Of a stretch of DNA of 64,000 nucleotides, positions 28,626-40,302 are shown piece after piece; the stretch's first letter is position 1, and every line of letters starts with the position of its first letter. The stretch comes from an uncultured Verrucomicrobiae bacterium. GTDB taxonomy: Bacteria > Verrucomicrobiota > Verrucomicrobiia > Limisphaerales > JAFGQR01. The position numbers and the translations under genes were made by a program. Below the pieces are notes generated by a model. That model made no database searches, was not told where the DNA came from, and saw only the letters and a program-made list of their open reading frames with translations. Where the stretch lies: assembly GCA_963788655.1 (NCBI GenBank), contig CAWBHS010000049.1, positions 224,001 through 288,000 of the forward strand. Reading direction: 5' to 3'.

Positions 28626-28959
28626 TCCTGCGTTTGGATTCAATCCGCGATCATCTCCCATCGGGATTGGAAATTCATTTGAACGTGCGCTGCTGTATCG
28701 CACTGGAAAATTGGCCCATGCTCAAAATCAGCGTTACGCAGACCAATCAACCGCAATCGTTTTATCGGTTGCAGCGATGGTAGCGAGTCCGAACTTCGAT
28801 TCCATCGCTTGGTTCGGCCTGCATTTGCATTTATTCTACTGTCCCTCAAAGTCTGCGCCGGCCGCGCAGTCTTTTCGCGCTTCAATCCTTCAACGCTTCA
28901 GCTTTGGTTGCGGCTCCGCCGCGCTGGGTTGATTCATGATTGAAGTGAATAGTCTCGGC

Positions 28960-30069
28960 TCAGCGTCTCGCTTCCTTGGCCTTTTGCAGATCGCAAACGA
29001 AAATGCCGTAGCCCACGCCGGCCGGATCGCTCGAACGCGCCAATTGAAACGCCAGGTAACGTCCGTCGTCGCTGATCACGCCGTTGGAGCCTTTGTAGCC
29101 GGGGTAGTCGCTAAAGAACGTCAGCCGTTCCAATTGCCCGCTGCCGTCGAGCTTGAGTTTCCACAAGTCGATATGGCCGGAGCCTTGGTGGTTTTGCTGG
29201 TCGCATTCGACCAACGTGGATTGGCCGTCCGGGAAAATGCCTTCCGGCTCGTCGTATTGGCTGGGAGCGTTCGAGTAGTTCACGACTTTCTTCGTTGCCA
29301 GGTCGATACCGCAAACGTCCGTGCCTTGATAGCCGTAGGCGCTGAAAATGAGTTCCTGTTCGGTGGGCGGCCGGAAATTTTGTGACTCCATCGTGCAAGG
29401 AAACGGCAAATCCCGACTGTCGATGATCGTTTTTTGGTGGGCCAGTTTCGGAATGCCGTTCTCATACACGATGTCCGCCTCGAGCATTCGCGACGTGCCT
29501 TTGGGCATCTCGTCCGGGTATTGGGCGCTGACCTGCGTCCAGGCAATGTGCTGCCGCCGACGCGACACCGCCGGGCCTTCGCTGCACTTGGTGCCAAGCG
29601 GCACGGGCGGTTTGGTCAGGCTTTTGTCCAGCACGTAGAGATAACATTGCACCCGGCTGACGTGTGGATTCTTCGGATCGAACGCCTCGGGGCCAGACAA
29701 CAAAATATCTCCATTGGCGAGATACAGTGCGCGGGTGTAACCCAGGTGGTAATAGTGATGCGTGAGCAGGCGAACCACCTTGGTCGCTACCTCCACTTCG
29801 TAAACGTCGCCGTAGGTTTTTTCGACAAACAGGATTTTCCGTCCGTCGTGCGACCAATCCGCCCGTTCACCGAACATGGTCAACCGGGTGATGTACGGCG
29901 GAAGTTCGTTCACCGGATTCTTGCCGGTTTGAGGCGCAGGAATTGCGGCATGGCTGGACATACCGGCGAAAACCGTGAGTGCGAATAGCAGGGCAGTCAT
30001 TCCATTTCGCGAAAGCGGAACTTGGTTTGTGGACAAGAGATGTTGGCTGGCAAAAGGCGTTGAGTTCAT
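28960..30069 (-). CDS. Secreted TolB/PD40-like beta-propeller protein
   Basis: GERADWSHDGRKILF, YDEPEGIFPDG, NGVISDDGRYLAFQ. Start 30069 chosen from the upstream TTGAGT...AATAAT promoter-like motif. Confidence 0.75.
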   Translation of the reverse strand: MNSTPFASQHLLSTNQVPLSRNGMTALLFALTVFAGMSSHAAIPAPQTGKNPVNELPPYITRLTMFGERADWSHDGRKILFVEKTYGDVYEVEVATKVVRLLTHHYYHLGYTRALYLANGDILLSGPEAFDPKNPHVSRVQCYLYVLDKSLTKPPVPLGTKCSEGPAVSRRRQHIAWTQVSAQYPDEMPKGTSRMLEADIVYENGIPKLAHQKTIIDSRDLPFPCTMESQNFRPPTEQELIFSAYGYQGTDVCGIDLATKKVVNYSNAPSQYDEPEGIFPDGQSTLVECDQQNHQGSGHIDLWKLKLDGSGQLERLTFFSDYPGYKGSNGVISDDGRYLAFQLARSSDPAGVGYGIFVCDLQKAKEARR

Positions 30070-30118
30070 CGGTTCGATTATTCGTTCAGCAGCAGCGGGA
30101 CTCAAGCTTGAAAATCCG

Positions 30119-30195
30119 GCGTAGCGGCACCTCGGAAGAGCGCCACATACTTTTCGTGTGTGAAATGGCGCCGCTCTGCCGAGACGCCGCTACGC
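30119..30195. repeat. REP-like doublet (family E: GCGTAGCGGCACCTCGGAAGAGCG...CGCTCTGCCGAGACGCCGCTACGC)
   Basis: Inverted arms; degenerate relative at about 32665-32745. Confidence 0.75.
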
Positions 30196-30206
30196 TGAAG
30201 TCAGCG

Positions 30207-30611
30207 TTACCGCAAATGATAGACTTCCTTCAGGTCGGCCCAGATTTTCCCTTTGGCGGCCGCGTCGGGCAATGGGCTCTGGCATGGGTCGGTTTCTTTC
30301 CACCAACGTTGCGTTTCCGGATCGGCGGCCATTTTCTTCATATCGGCGTCGAAGTCCGTGCCGGTGTATTCGAGGTAGGCAAAGAGGTAGAGCTTGCCGT
30401 CAATCTCCCGCTCGTAGATCGAGAAATTCTGGATGTGGCAGTCTTTGAGCGTTTGGTTCACGGTCGGCCAGGGATGGGCGTGAAGTTGTTTGTAGTGCGC
30501 GGCCTTGTCCGGTTTCAGACCGGTGATCCAGGCGAAGCGTTGCGGCTGGGTATTGGTGGCGCAGCCCGTGAGCCACGCGGCGGCGAGGAAGATCAGCAGA
30601 AGTTTCATCAT
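30207..30611 (-). CDS. rhaM: L-rhamnose mutarotase family protein with lipoprotein signal
   Basis: YKQLHAHPWP, IQNFSIY, LFAYLEY, ADPETQRWW. N-terminus MMKLLLIFLAAAWLTGC. Confidence 0.85.
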   Translation of the reverse strand: MMKLLLIFLAAAWLTGCATNTQPQRFAWITGLKPDKAAHYKQLHAHPWPTVNQTLKDCHIQNFSIYEREIDGKLYLFAYLEYTGTDFDADMKKMAADPETQRWWKETDPCQSPLPDAAAKGKIWADLKEVYHLR

Positions 30612-30615
30612 GCGT

Positions 30616-32311
30616 TCAACGGAATACGAGATAGAGAACCACAAACGTGATCAGCACCGCCGCGGAGGCGAAACGATAGTTCCCCAAGCCATGCCCGTGC
30701 GCCTCACCGCGCAACGGTTCGCGCCAGTCTTCCCAGATCAACGGTCGGGCCTCCTCCTTGAGCGGCTCGGGAAACCAATACGTCGTGACGACCATGATGG
30801 CGAGACACGCTACCAGCAGCAGGAACGCGATGAGCATGAAATCGCCGCGGTAAATGTTGTTCCAATCGAGCACGAAGGCCGCAGCCCCGAGCGCCATTCC
30901 GGCGATCAGCGTGAAGAAAGCGGATTTGCCGGATGCGCGCTTCCAAAACACGCCGAACAGAAACACGGTCGTGATCGGCGGCGCCACGTAGGAGATGAGC
31001 TTGTTAATGCCCTCGAAGATGGTGGTGTAGTGACCGAACAGCGGCGAACAGACGATGGCCAGCAGGGTGCCAATTACGGTCGTGGCTTTGCCGATGGTGA
31101 CGAGCTGGTGGTCGCCGAGGTTGGGCTTATGGCGTTTGAACAAATCGTAGGCAACGAGCGTGGCCGTGGAGTTGAGGGCGGCGGAACAGGTTTGCATCGC
31201 GGCGGCGAGCATGGCGGCGGCAACGAGTCCCTTTAGCCCCACCGGCAGCAGGTGGGTGATCAGGAAGGTGTAGGTGTCGGCGGCGGTTTGCGGCGCGGCG
31301 CCACCGAACGCGTTCTGCTGGACCAGCGCCGACGCAAATCACGCCCGGCAACACGAAGAAGAACACGGGCAGGATTTTGAGAAACGCGCAGAACAGCGGA
31401 CCGAGGCGGGCTTGCTTCTCGTCCTTGGCCGCAAGCACGCGCTGGACGATGGTCTGGTCGCAGCACCAATACCAGATGCCCAGCACCGGATAGCCCAGCA
31501 GGATGGAATACCACGTCAGACCGGAGGGATCGCCGGCACCGCGGGCCATGTGGAGGAAGTTGCCGGTGCCCCAGGTCACCTGGCTGTCCGGCACGGCTGC
31601 CAGCGGATGCGCATGCGATGCCAACGTCTGGGCCAGCGCGGACCAACCGCCGACCTTCAGGTAGCCCACCACCGTGATCACCACCGCGCCCACGAGCAGC
31701 AGCACGGTTTGCACGCTTTCCGTCCACACCACGGCCAACAATCCGCCAAGCATGGTGTAGATGCCGGTCAATAAACCCAGTACGACGATGAAGAACATCA
31801 GCGCGTCCACGCCCAGGATTGTCGCATCCAGCGGTAGCCCAAGAATGCCGCGCAACACCCACGCCGCCGTGTAGAGCGCCACGCCCATGTGGATGACGAT
31901 GGCGGAGAACAACGAAACGGCGGACAGCACATCGCGGCAACCGCGGTTGAAGCGGCGTTCGAGGAAATCGGGCAACGTGGCGACGCGTGAGCGAAGATAA
32001 AGCGGCGCAAAGAACAGCGAAAGCAGGATGAGCGTAAAGCCCGCCATCCATTCGAAGTTGCCGAAGACCAGGCCAAACTTGTACGCGGCTTCCGCGAGGC
32101 TGACGAGATGCACGGTGGAGATGTTCGCCGCAAACATTGCCAGGCCGATGACCGGCCAGGTGAGCGTGTTGCCGGCCAGGAAGTAGTGCCCGCCTTCACC
32201 ACCGCGCTCGCCCTTGCGCCGCAGGAAACCGGCTGCCACACCGAGGCCGACCACCGCCAGCAAGTAGAGGGCGATGATGGCCCAGTCCAAACTGCCGATG
32301 GTACTGTTCAT
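30616..32311 (-). CDS. Sodium:solute symporter (SSS); frameshift near 31330
   Basis: YFLAGNTLTWPVIGLAMFAANIST, TLPDFLERRF, GGLLAVVWTESVQ, WYWCCDQTIVQRVLAAK. Continues into ORF 30616..31242 (GLKGLVAAAMLAAAM). Confidence 0.9.
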
Positions 32312-32833
32312 TGGCCGTCGGCTGGTGAGGGAATCAACCTGGAAGCGCGGCTTGGCACCCTAAGCCAAACCAAGCTGGCGTGGGACGCGACCGCGTCTGG
32401 GAGTGCGGCAGTCTTCTGCCGCTTTGCGAAGGTCGGGCAACCATCGAAACCGCCAGAGGACTTGCGCCGTCCAAAACCTGGCAGCGCTTCGATCGGTTCA
32501 TTGAACGCGCCAATCGCACGCCAGACGTGGCTATGGCGATGATTGGAATTCAGGCGGGACTGATGCATGGCCGGTTCAATATTCGTCATCGAAGAGAAAT
32601 GCAAGCCCGAAGGATTCCGGCCGATTAGGAGCACGAAGGAAGCGATTCTCATGACACAACCCAATCCGCGGCGAAGCGGCACCTCAGCGGAGCGCCGCTT
32701 ATTCCCTTTGCGTAAAATGGCAGCGCTTCTCCGTGGCGTTGCGGTGAACCCTTCGATGAAATCGCACCGTTCATTCGTGTTGTCCTGCGCCCGGGCAATC
32801 CATATCCTTGGCGAGCAAATTGAAACGACACCC

Positions 32834-33292
32834 ATGAAAATCATCCACGCACATTTGCTGTTGCTTACCGCCGCGATGCTGAGTTGCCCGTTGTTGATCG
32901 CTCAGGAGGCTGCCCCCGCGGCTGCCGCGGCGACACCACGATCCTATCCCGAGCGGCTCCAATGGTGGGCCAACGCACGCATTGGCATGTTCATCCATTG
33001 GGGACCGGTGAGCCTGCAAGGCACGGAGATCAGTTGGTCGCGCGCCAATACCAATCCCAAGTGTCCGAACCGCGGCCCCATTCCCGCCGAGGTTTACGAC
33101 CACCTTTACCGGGAATTCAACCCGACGAACTTCGACGCCGCCGACCAATGGCAGGCTTGTTATCGCGGTGAAAATCCGGGCGCGAAATTGGTGGCTCGGT
33201 TCAAGCCGGTGACCGCCCAACGCGTGCGGTTGAACCTCACTGAGGCGACCGACGGTCCGACCGTCTGGGAATTTCAGTTCTTTGCTCCGTGA
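32834..33292 (+). pseudogene. Alpha-L-fucosidase (GH29) remnant: N-terminus fused in frame to the end of a C-terminal F5/8-like domain
   Basis: Signal peptide, then RLQWWANARIGMFIHWG...YDHLYREFNPTNFDA, then an abrupt jump to FKPVTAQRVRLNLTEATDGPTVWEFQFF. Most of the catalytic barrel is missing. Confidence 0.75.
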
Positions 33293-33352
33293 GAAGTTCT
33301 CACTGATCAATTAAGGGATGATTATTCCCAAAGATCTGGTATGGTTTGGACC

Positions 33353-34507
33353 ATGAAACTCCTGCTGACGACGATGGTGCTGCTGGTTGCGTCGCTGTCC
33401 GCTCCGGCCAGCAAACACCGCTGCGTCTGGTTTTGGCAAAGTCCTGGCAGCCCTTACGGGGCCTCCAACATCGTGGGGAATGCGGTTCTGGAAAACCAGA
33501 CCATCGCTTTCCTGCAGCATCGGTGGGTTAAACGGGTTTATGGCAGCTACGGCAGTCAACCGGTCACCGATCCCGGAGTCATCGCGACGTGGAATGACAA
33601 ACTTCAGGTCGCCGGAATCCAATCCCAATTCTTGATGTCGGAGAATACCTGGATCTTTCCCACCAACCACGCCAGCCTGTTGACGAAGATCAGCGAACGG
33701 GTGCTCGATTTCAACAATGCCCCGGGCCGCGCCACGGCGGAGAAGTTCGATGGTCTTCATCTCGACATCGAACCGCAGGGATTGGCCGGTTGGTCGAGTC
33801 TGACGTCCGCGGAGAAGCGCGACTTACTCCTCCTCTTGCGCGACACGTACGCTGCCGTCCGCCAACATCTCACCGACGCGGGTGTGCCGACATTTCCCGT
33901 CTATGCCGATTTGCCTGTGTGGTTCGACAACCTTCCGGTGGACGGTGGCTCCATCGGATGGACCAACGCCGTCGAGCGCGACCAGTGGTATGCGGATATC
34001 GCTACCAGCCTCACCGGCATCAGCTTGATGGCTTTTGATCGCACGACCTTCAGTTCCATCGACAATGGTGTTTCCTGGGAACGCGCCAATGTCAGCGGTG
34101 CCAGCGTGCGGGTGGGATTGGAAGCCGATATTGGCGCTGGCCTTACGTGGGAGGTGCTGCCTGACTTTGACGCGATGATGGAAACCCTGGAAGCGGCCTA
34201 CGGCGCCGGCGGTGCGGTGGACATCCAGAGTTACACCTTGTGGCGGGAAGCGGTGGCCGCCCAACCGATCATGGCCGTCGATGCCGCGCTACAGGTAGCC
34301 CAACTGGCCGACGGCGGAGACATCATCTTCGCGACCGAAAGCAACTGGACCTATCTGATTCACCAGACCCTTGACCTGTGTGCCTGGCAGGAAGTCAAAC
34401 GCCTCGCGGCAGTCGAAACCAACCTTATGAAATTTCCGGTTCAATTCCGAGGAGCGCACGGCTTCTGGAGGATCACGCGTTTCCAAACGCCTCCGGACCG
34501 GAAATAA
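33353..34507 (+). CDS. Secreted TIM-barrel protein (GH18-like FDGLHLDIEP motif) with C-terminal beta domain
   Basis: Signal peptide MKLLLTTMVLLVASLSAPA; FDGLHLDIEPQ; ISLMAFDR; VRVGLE. Confidence 0.65.
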   Translation: MKLLLTTMVLLVASLSAPASKHRCVWFWQSPGSPYGASNIVGNAVLENQTIAFLQHRWVKRVYGSYGSQPVTDPGVIATWNDKLQVAGIQSQFLMSENTWIFPTNHASLLTKISERVLDFNNAPGRATAEKFDGLHLDIEPQGLAGWSSLTSAEKRDLLLLLRDTYAAVRQHLTDAGVPTFPVYADLPVWFDNLPVDGGSIGWTNAVERDQWYADIATSLTGISLMAFDRTTFSSIDNGVSWERANVSGASVRVGLEADIGAGLTWEVLPDFDAMMETLEAAYGAGGAVDIQSYTLWREAVAAQPIMAVDAALQVAQLADGGDIIFATESNWTYLIHQTLDLCAWQEVKRLAAVETNLMKFPVQFRGAHGFWRITRFQTPPDRK

Positions 34508-34526
34508 ATGACGTGACGAGATTGCA

Positions 34527-34655
34527 GTTTCACCCCCCTGATTAAAAGGCCGACAGGCTGTAGCTGCTGACATGAGGAGACGGCCGCGGTGCGCCTTGAA
34601 CCTGTTCCGCCTCCTCACGTCAGCGGCTACGGCGAGGGTGAAATATCCAAACTGA
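34527..34655. repeat. Family A REP doublet with flanking TTTCACCC...GGGTGAAA inverted repeats
   Basis: GTAGCTGCTGACATGAGGAGACGG...CCGCCTCCTCACGTCAGCGGCTAC. The flank CCGACAGGCT matches the 52 kb array in reverse. Confidence 0.75.
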
Positions 34656-34673
34656 AGCCTTCGAAACAATTCG

Positions 34674-35198
34674 CTAATCAAACAAGGGAGCTTGGTCCAA
34701 GTCGGCGGTGCGTTGCGCGCGGAAGTCGGCGAGTTTGGTCTTCAGTTGCTCCGGAGTAAACAGCTTGCGCAGGCGGACGATTTCGGCGCGGGCCAACTGG
34801 TCGCACTGTTCGTTCAGCGCATGGCCGGCGTGTCCCTTGAGCCAGTGCCACTGGACTTGGTGCTGGGCGGTCAGCTCATCGAGTTGTCGCCACAAGTCCA
34901 CGTTTTTCACGGGCTTGCGGTCCACGGTGCGCCAGCCGTTGAGTTTCCAGCGGGCGACCCAATTGATGATGCCCTCGCGCAGATATTCCGAGTCGGTGAA
35001 CACCTCCACAACACACCGTTCCCGCAGCGCCTGCAACGCGCTGATGGCGGATTGAAGCTCCATGCGGTTATTGGTGGTGGCGGATTCGCTGCCGGTGAGT
35101 TCCCGTTGATGTGAGCCGTATTGCAGAATGGCCGCCCACGCGCCCGGTCCGGGATTGCCCTCGCACGCGCCGTCGGTATGGATGATGACTTTCTTCAA
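34674..35198 (-). CDS. rnhA: Ribonuclease HI
   Basis: [53 protein letters not shown]. Confidence 0.97.
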   Translation of the reverse strand: MKKVIIHTDGACEGNPGPGAWAAILQYGSHQRELTGSESATTNNRMELQSAISALQALRERCVVEVFTDSEYLREGIINWVARWKLNGWRTVDRKPVKNVDLWRQLDELTAQHQVQWHWLKGHAGHALNEQCDQLARAEIVRLRKLFTPEQLKTKLADFRAQRTADLDQAPLFD

Positions 35199-35252
35199 GC
35201 GCTGACCGTAAGTCCCGAATCCGGGAGCGGACCCAGGCGTTGCAGCACAACC

Positions 35253-35553
35253 TCAATCGGTCCGGACGCAAGCTTCAATATCCAAGGGAACAAAGGAAGA
35301 TACGGCCGATCACCAGTTCGATGTGGTTGTTGCGTTCCTCGTCGATCCAGATCAACTCCTCGCGCAATCGCAACTTGCCTTTGAGCACAATCCCGTCGCG
35401 CAGCCAGACTTCGACGTCGTGGCCGATGGGAAGGCCCAGTTGGGAGGCCAATTGCCGCAAGGACGCGCGCCGCTGCTCCTGCCAGGTTTGATACCCGTTT
35501 GGGGAAGTGCCCGCTTCAAATCTCAATTCCGTCTGACCTTGCTGAATGTCCAT
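35253..35553 (-). CDS. Small hypothetical protein upstream of rnhA; probable frameshift near 35295
   Basis: GLPIGHDVEVWLRDGIVLKGKL. Removing one base gives the C-terminus ISFVPLDIEACVRTD*. Leaderless-type promoter upstream. Confidence 0.6.
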
Positions 35554-36022
35554 TGGGGGGCAGTGTAAGAAATGCGGTGAAGGTTACAATTCAAAATTTC
35601 GGGAAATTCCAGGGAAAACCAGATGGCACGGTAACGTCCGTAACCAGATGATCTTCAACGGTCGGCGTTATTCGCTCGTTTACGATGGCGGCTCCGTCCA
35701 GCGGTTGAACGCTTATCCTGCCAAGCCATGCATGTCCTGCAGACAACCCAATTGTGTGCTCTCGAACATTGTTGGAGTCGCCGTGAGGAGACGCAGTTTT
35801 TAGACTGACGTGGAAGTCCGAGACTCCTTATTTCGTCGCCTGAGTGGAAGACTTATCATTGCGTGAAGGTTAGTTTTGGAAAACTCTTATGACAATTGAC
35901 CAACGCTGTGCCGAGGCCAATGCAGTGTTGACAGCCCCGACCAGCCCGGTAGGATTTTCCGCACCAAGATGAAAAGTGTGAGGTCCGCGTTGGCTGTTCG
36001 GAAGCGCCGCGCCGCGATTAAG

Positions 36023-36260
36023 ATGTGGACGATCCTTTCGTTGCTCGGTCTGTTTCTTGGGCTGGTGGTCTATTTCGTCTTCGACCAAGTGCGGGAACGT
36101 CCGCAGCGCCCGCTCGACTTGACCCCGTTCTATAACGCTTCCCTGACCAATTGCGCCGGCAACCATGCCTGGAACCGCGAAAACCATTTCCGGGAATTTC
36201 CCGAAGGCATCAATGATTTTGGCGGCATCAAGTTTGCCGTGCGCGGTTTTATGCAATTGG
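36023..36260 (+). pseudogene. Truncated membrane-anchored protein fragment read in frame into the OPT gene
   Basis: TM helix followed by LDLTPFYNASL...FPEGINDFGGIKFAVRGFMQL, then loss of protein-like character. Confidence 0.45.
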
Positions 36261-36370
36261 CACCCCACCGCGAGAACTTCAACCTCGGCCCGATCCAGAT
36301 GCCCCCCGGATCAACGGGATTCCCGTTTGTGCCACTCGCGTTCCAGATCGTTCTTGGCTTCACTTCCGCC

Positions 36371-36399
36371 TTGTCACCCTGCGTCCGGCACCAGACACT
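36371..36399 (+). promoter_or_regulatory. Sigma70-like leaderless promoter of the OPT gene
   Basis: TTGTCA-17 bp-GACACT-7 nt-ATG(36407). Confidence 0.5.
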
Positions 36400-36406
36400 G
36401 CGCTGC

Positions 36407-38396
36407 ATGGGCGAATCTGACCGGACAACAAACAATGCCGCATCCGTCCCTGAAACCGTGACCTCTGCCATTCCGCCGCTGCCGGAGAATGCGTCACCGG
36501 ACGAAAAGGACCAGCACTGGTTCACGCATCATTACCAGGGCGACAAGCAACGGCAACTGACCCTTCGCGCCGTCCTGATGGGCGGGGTGCTTGGCATGTT
36601 CATGTCCATCTCCAACCTTTACACCACCCTCAAGCTGGGCTGGTCCTTTGGTGTGGCCATTACCGCCTGCGTGTTGTCGTACGTGATTTGGAACTCCTTT
36701 CGGGCGCTGTCGGGCCGGCGCTTGAGCATGATGAGCATCCTGGAAAACAACTGCATGCAATCCACCGCCTCGGCGGCCGGATACTCGACGGGCGGCACGT
36801 TGGGCACGGCGTTTGGCGCCCTGTTGTTAATCAACGGCACGCATCAGCCCTGGCACGTGGTCGTGCCTTTCACGCTGTTTACGGCCGCGCTGGGTGTGTT
36901 CCTGGCCATCCCGATGAAGCGGCAAATGATCAACTACGAGCAGTTGAAATTCCCCAGCGGCATTGCGGCGGCGGAGACGTTGCGCAGTCTGTATTCCCAG
37001 GGGCGGGAGGCGTTGCACAAGGCTTATTCGTTGCTCCTGGCCTTGGGAACCGGCGGGCTGGTCGGGTTCCTCCGTTCCTACGGCACGCTGGTGGATGAAC
37101 TGACGAAATCAGGCCGGACGCATAGCTGGCTGCACAACCTGCGGCGAGTGGTCCAGATCCCCGAACAAATCGCCTTCGCCGCGTGGCTGAGTCCGCTGAG
37201 CAAAGTCAAATTGTACGGGCTGTCGTTCGAGCCGAGCGTACTGTTGATTGGCGCCGGCATGATTGTGGGATTGCGCGTGTCGCTGTCCATGCTGCTGGGG
37301 TCGGTGGTGCTCTATTACCTGGTGGTTCCGCCGTTGTATGCGATGGACCTGGCTCAAGCCGGCCTTGCCAACTACGTCCCCTCCTTCACGGTCAGCGCCG
37401 GCGGCTTCTTGAATCCCACGCGTTGGTCACTCTGGGGCGGCACGGCCATCATGGTGTTTTCGAGCCTGACTTCCGTGGCGCTGCAATGGCGCACGCTGGC
37501 CCGGGCCTTCACGATTTTCAAAAAGGAGAAGAAGACCGCGCAGTCCGATGCCTTGGCGGCCATCGAGGTGCCGACCGGCTGGCTGATCGCGGGATTGATT
37601 CCCATCACCATCGGCCTGGTGATCGTGCAGTTTCTGGCGTTTCAGATTTCCATTTTCCTCGGCCTCGTGGCAGTGGCCATGTCGTTTATCGTGTCGTTGG
37701 TTTGCTGCCGGGCCACGGGCGAAACGGACACGACGCCCATCGGGGCCATGGGCAAAGTCACGCAATTGTTGTATGCCGTGTTGCCGGGAGCCAAAGGCGT
37801 TGCATCGATCAACCTGATGGCCGCCGGGGTCACCGCCGCGGCGGGCGGCAGTGCGGCCGATTTGCTGACCGATTTGAAGAGCGGTTACCTCCTGGGCGCC
37901 AATCCGCGCAAACAATTCCTCGCGCAATTCTTCGGGATCTTCTTCGGCACCCTGGCGGTCGTACCGGCGTGGTACTTGATGGTGCCGGACAAGGCGGCGC
38001 TTGATGCTTTCAATCCCCCTGCCACGTACATGTGGAAAGCCGTGGCCGACCTGCTCACCCAGGGCATTCACATGCTGCCGCACACAGCCATTTGGGCCAT
38101 TGTGATCGGGGCGCTGCTCGGCGTGCTATTGCCGTTGCTCGAACGCTGGCTACCGAAAGCCCGGCCGTTCCTTCCGTCGGCCATGGGATTGGGTTTGGCC
38201 TGGGTGATTCCGTTTCAAAACTCCCTCTCGTTTGCTATCGGCGCGGTGGCAACATGGCTGTGGACGCGGGCGCACCGGCCGACGGCAGAAAAATTTAACA
38301 TCCCCGTGGCCTCCGGATTGGTGGCCGGCGAATCCCTCGTGGCGGCAATCATCGCCATTGCCTGTACAGTTGGTTGGTTTCCTGGTGGTGAAATAG
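36407..38396 (+). CDS. OPT family oligopeptide transporter; terminal frameshift near 38370
   Basis: QLTLRAVLMG, LKLGWS, ILENNCMQSTASAAG, LKFPSGIAAAE, GETDTTP, DLKSGYLLGANPRKQ, VASGLVAGE. Corrected end CTVVGFLVVK* at 38396. Confidence 0.9.
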
Positions 38397-38523
38397 CCAG
38401 GCGGTGTTGGAACACTGTATCCGCCTCCTTACCTCGGCGGCTACTGCGGCTTGGAAATTCCGGCCAACCACTTTCTTTTCCTGTTCAATCCCGCCAGCTT
38501 TCTGCTAAAGCTCCGGCGGTTTT

Positions 38524-40131
38524 ATGAGCAACGACACCAAGCAAAACTGGCAACGGTTTCAAAAAGACTATCGGAAGTTTGAAAAACTCGGTCTGGCCAT
38601 CGACCTGAGCCGGGTGAATTTCCCGGACAATTTCTTCCAGAAAATGAAGGGCTCCATGGACCGGGCGTTCGCGGCGATGGAGCAGCTTGAACAAGGCGCC
38701 ATCGCCAATCCGGACGAAGGCCGCCGGGTCGGCCACTACTGGCTGCGCAACGCCAAGCTGGCGCCCGATGCGGACATCCGCCGGGAGATTCCGCGCACGT
38801 TGGAGCGGATCAAGACGTTTGCCCGCGACGTGCATCGTGGGAAGATCCGCGGGGCCCAGGGCAAGTTCGAACATCTGCTGGTCATCGGGATTGGCGGCTC
38901 GGCGCTGGGACCGCAATTTGTCGCCCGCGCGCTCGGACATCCCCGCACGGACAAACTCAAGGTCCATTTCTTCGACAACACCGATCCCGATGGCATTGAC
39001 AAGGTGCTGGCCGAACTGCGCGGTCAATTGGGCAAGACACTTTGTGTGGTCATTTCCAAATCAGGTGGCACGCCGGAAACGCGCAACGGAATGCTGGAAG
39101 CCCGCGCCGCTTACGCGCGGAACCGGCTGCGGTTCGAGGACCACGCGGTGGCCATCACCATGGAGGGCAGCAAGCTCGACCAAAAAGCCACGCAGGACCA
39201 CTGGCTCACGCGGTTCCCAATGTGGGACTGGGTGGGGGGCCGCACCAGCGAAACCTCCGCGGTCGGACTGCTGCCGGCCGCACTCCAGGGGCTCGACATT
39301 GACGGTATGCTGGCTGGGGCGCGAGCCTGCGACGAAATCACCCGCGTGCCCGACGCCAGTCGCAATCCGGCTGCCCAACTCGCCTTGATGTGGCATTGCG
39401 TCGGCAAGGGCAAAGGAGAAAAGGACATGGTCGTGCTGCCGTACAAGGATCGCCTTGAATTGTTCTCGCGTTATTTGCAGCAGCTCGTGATGGAATCACT
39501 GGGCAAAGAGAAGAACCTGCGCGGCCGCGTGGTGAACCAGGGCATCGCCGTCTATGGCAATAAAGGTTCCACCGACCAGCACGCCTACATCCAGCAGCTC
39601 CGGGATGGGTTGAAGAATTTCTTTGTCGTTTTCATCGAAGTGCTAAAAGACCGCGCCGGCCAATCGATCCAAGTCGCTCCACAACGCACCTCCGGCGATT
39701 ACCTGTTTGGCTTTTACCTGGGCACCCGCAACGCCCTCTACGAAAATGGCCGCCAGTCCATCACGCTGACCATTGACGATGTTTCCCCGTTCCGCGTGGG
39801 AGTGCTGATTGCGTTGTTCGAACGCACGGTGGGCTTCTACGCCAGTCTCATCGGCATCAATGCCTACCATCAACCGGGTGTTCAGGCCGGCAAGGTAGCC
39901 GCGGACGAAGTGCTCAAATTGCAGACCCAGGTTTTGGACTCCCTGACGGACCGGACGAAGGGCAAACAGCCGACCAAACAAACCGCGGTCCAAATAGCGC
40001 GCGCGATTGGCTCGCCGGACGTGGAAACCGTCTTCAAGATCTGCGAGCACTTGGCGGCCACGCGTCCTTCGACCATTCGCAAGGCGGGCGGACCCAAGCC
40101 GGGCAATGTGACTTGGCAAGCCTGCCGCTGA
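38524..40131 (+). CDS. pgi: Glucose-6-phosphate isomerase
   Basis: [69 protein letters not shown]. Confidence 0.97.
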   Translation: MSNDTKQNWQRFQKDYRKFEKLGLAIDLSRVNFPDNFFQKMKGSMDRAFAAMEQLEQGAIANPDEGRRVGHYWLRNAKLAPDADIRREIPRTLERIKTFARDVHRGKIRGAQGKFEHLLVIGIGGSALGPQFVARALGHPRTDKLKVHFFDNTDPDGIDKVLAELRGQLGKTLCVVISKSGGTPETRNGMLEARAAYARNRLRFEDHAVAITMEGSKLDQKATQDHWLTRFPMWDWVGGRTSETSAVGLLPAALQGLDIDGMLAGARACDEITRVPDASRNPAAQLALMWHCVGKGKGEKDMVVLPYKDRLELFSRYLQQLVMESLGKEKNLRGRVVNQGIAVYGNKGSTDQHAYIQQLRDGLKNFFVVFIEVLKDRAGQSIQVAPQRTSGDYLFGFYLGTRNALYENGRQSITLTIDDVSPFRVGVLIALFERTVGFYASLIGINAYHQPGVQAGKVAADEVLKLQTQVLDSLTDRTKGKQPTKQTAVQIARAIGSPDVETVFKICEHLAATRPSTIRKAGGPKPGNVTWQACR

Positions 40132-40164
40132 GGATGATAATCACCTGATGGAGCGATGACATTC

Positions 40165-40302
40165 TTAGAGCTTGTTTCAAAAATGGTAGCAGCCGACGTG
40201 AGGAGGCTCATTTTATTTCGGAAAACCGTGCTGCGTTCGACAAGAATGAGCCTCCTCACGTCGGCTGCTACAGATCGGATGGAGTTTTAAAACAGGCTCT
40301 AA
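40165..40302. mobile_element. MITE-like element: 18-bp IS-like terminal inverted repeats enclosing a perfect 27-bp family A REP doublet
   Basis: Outer TTAGAGCTTGTTTCAAAA / TTTTAAAACAGGCTCTAA (16/18 match). Inner GTAGCAGCCGACGTGAGGAGGCTCATT (40186-40212) and its exact reverse complement (40245-40271). Confidence 0.7.
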
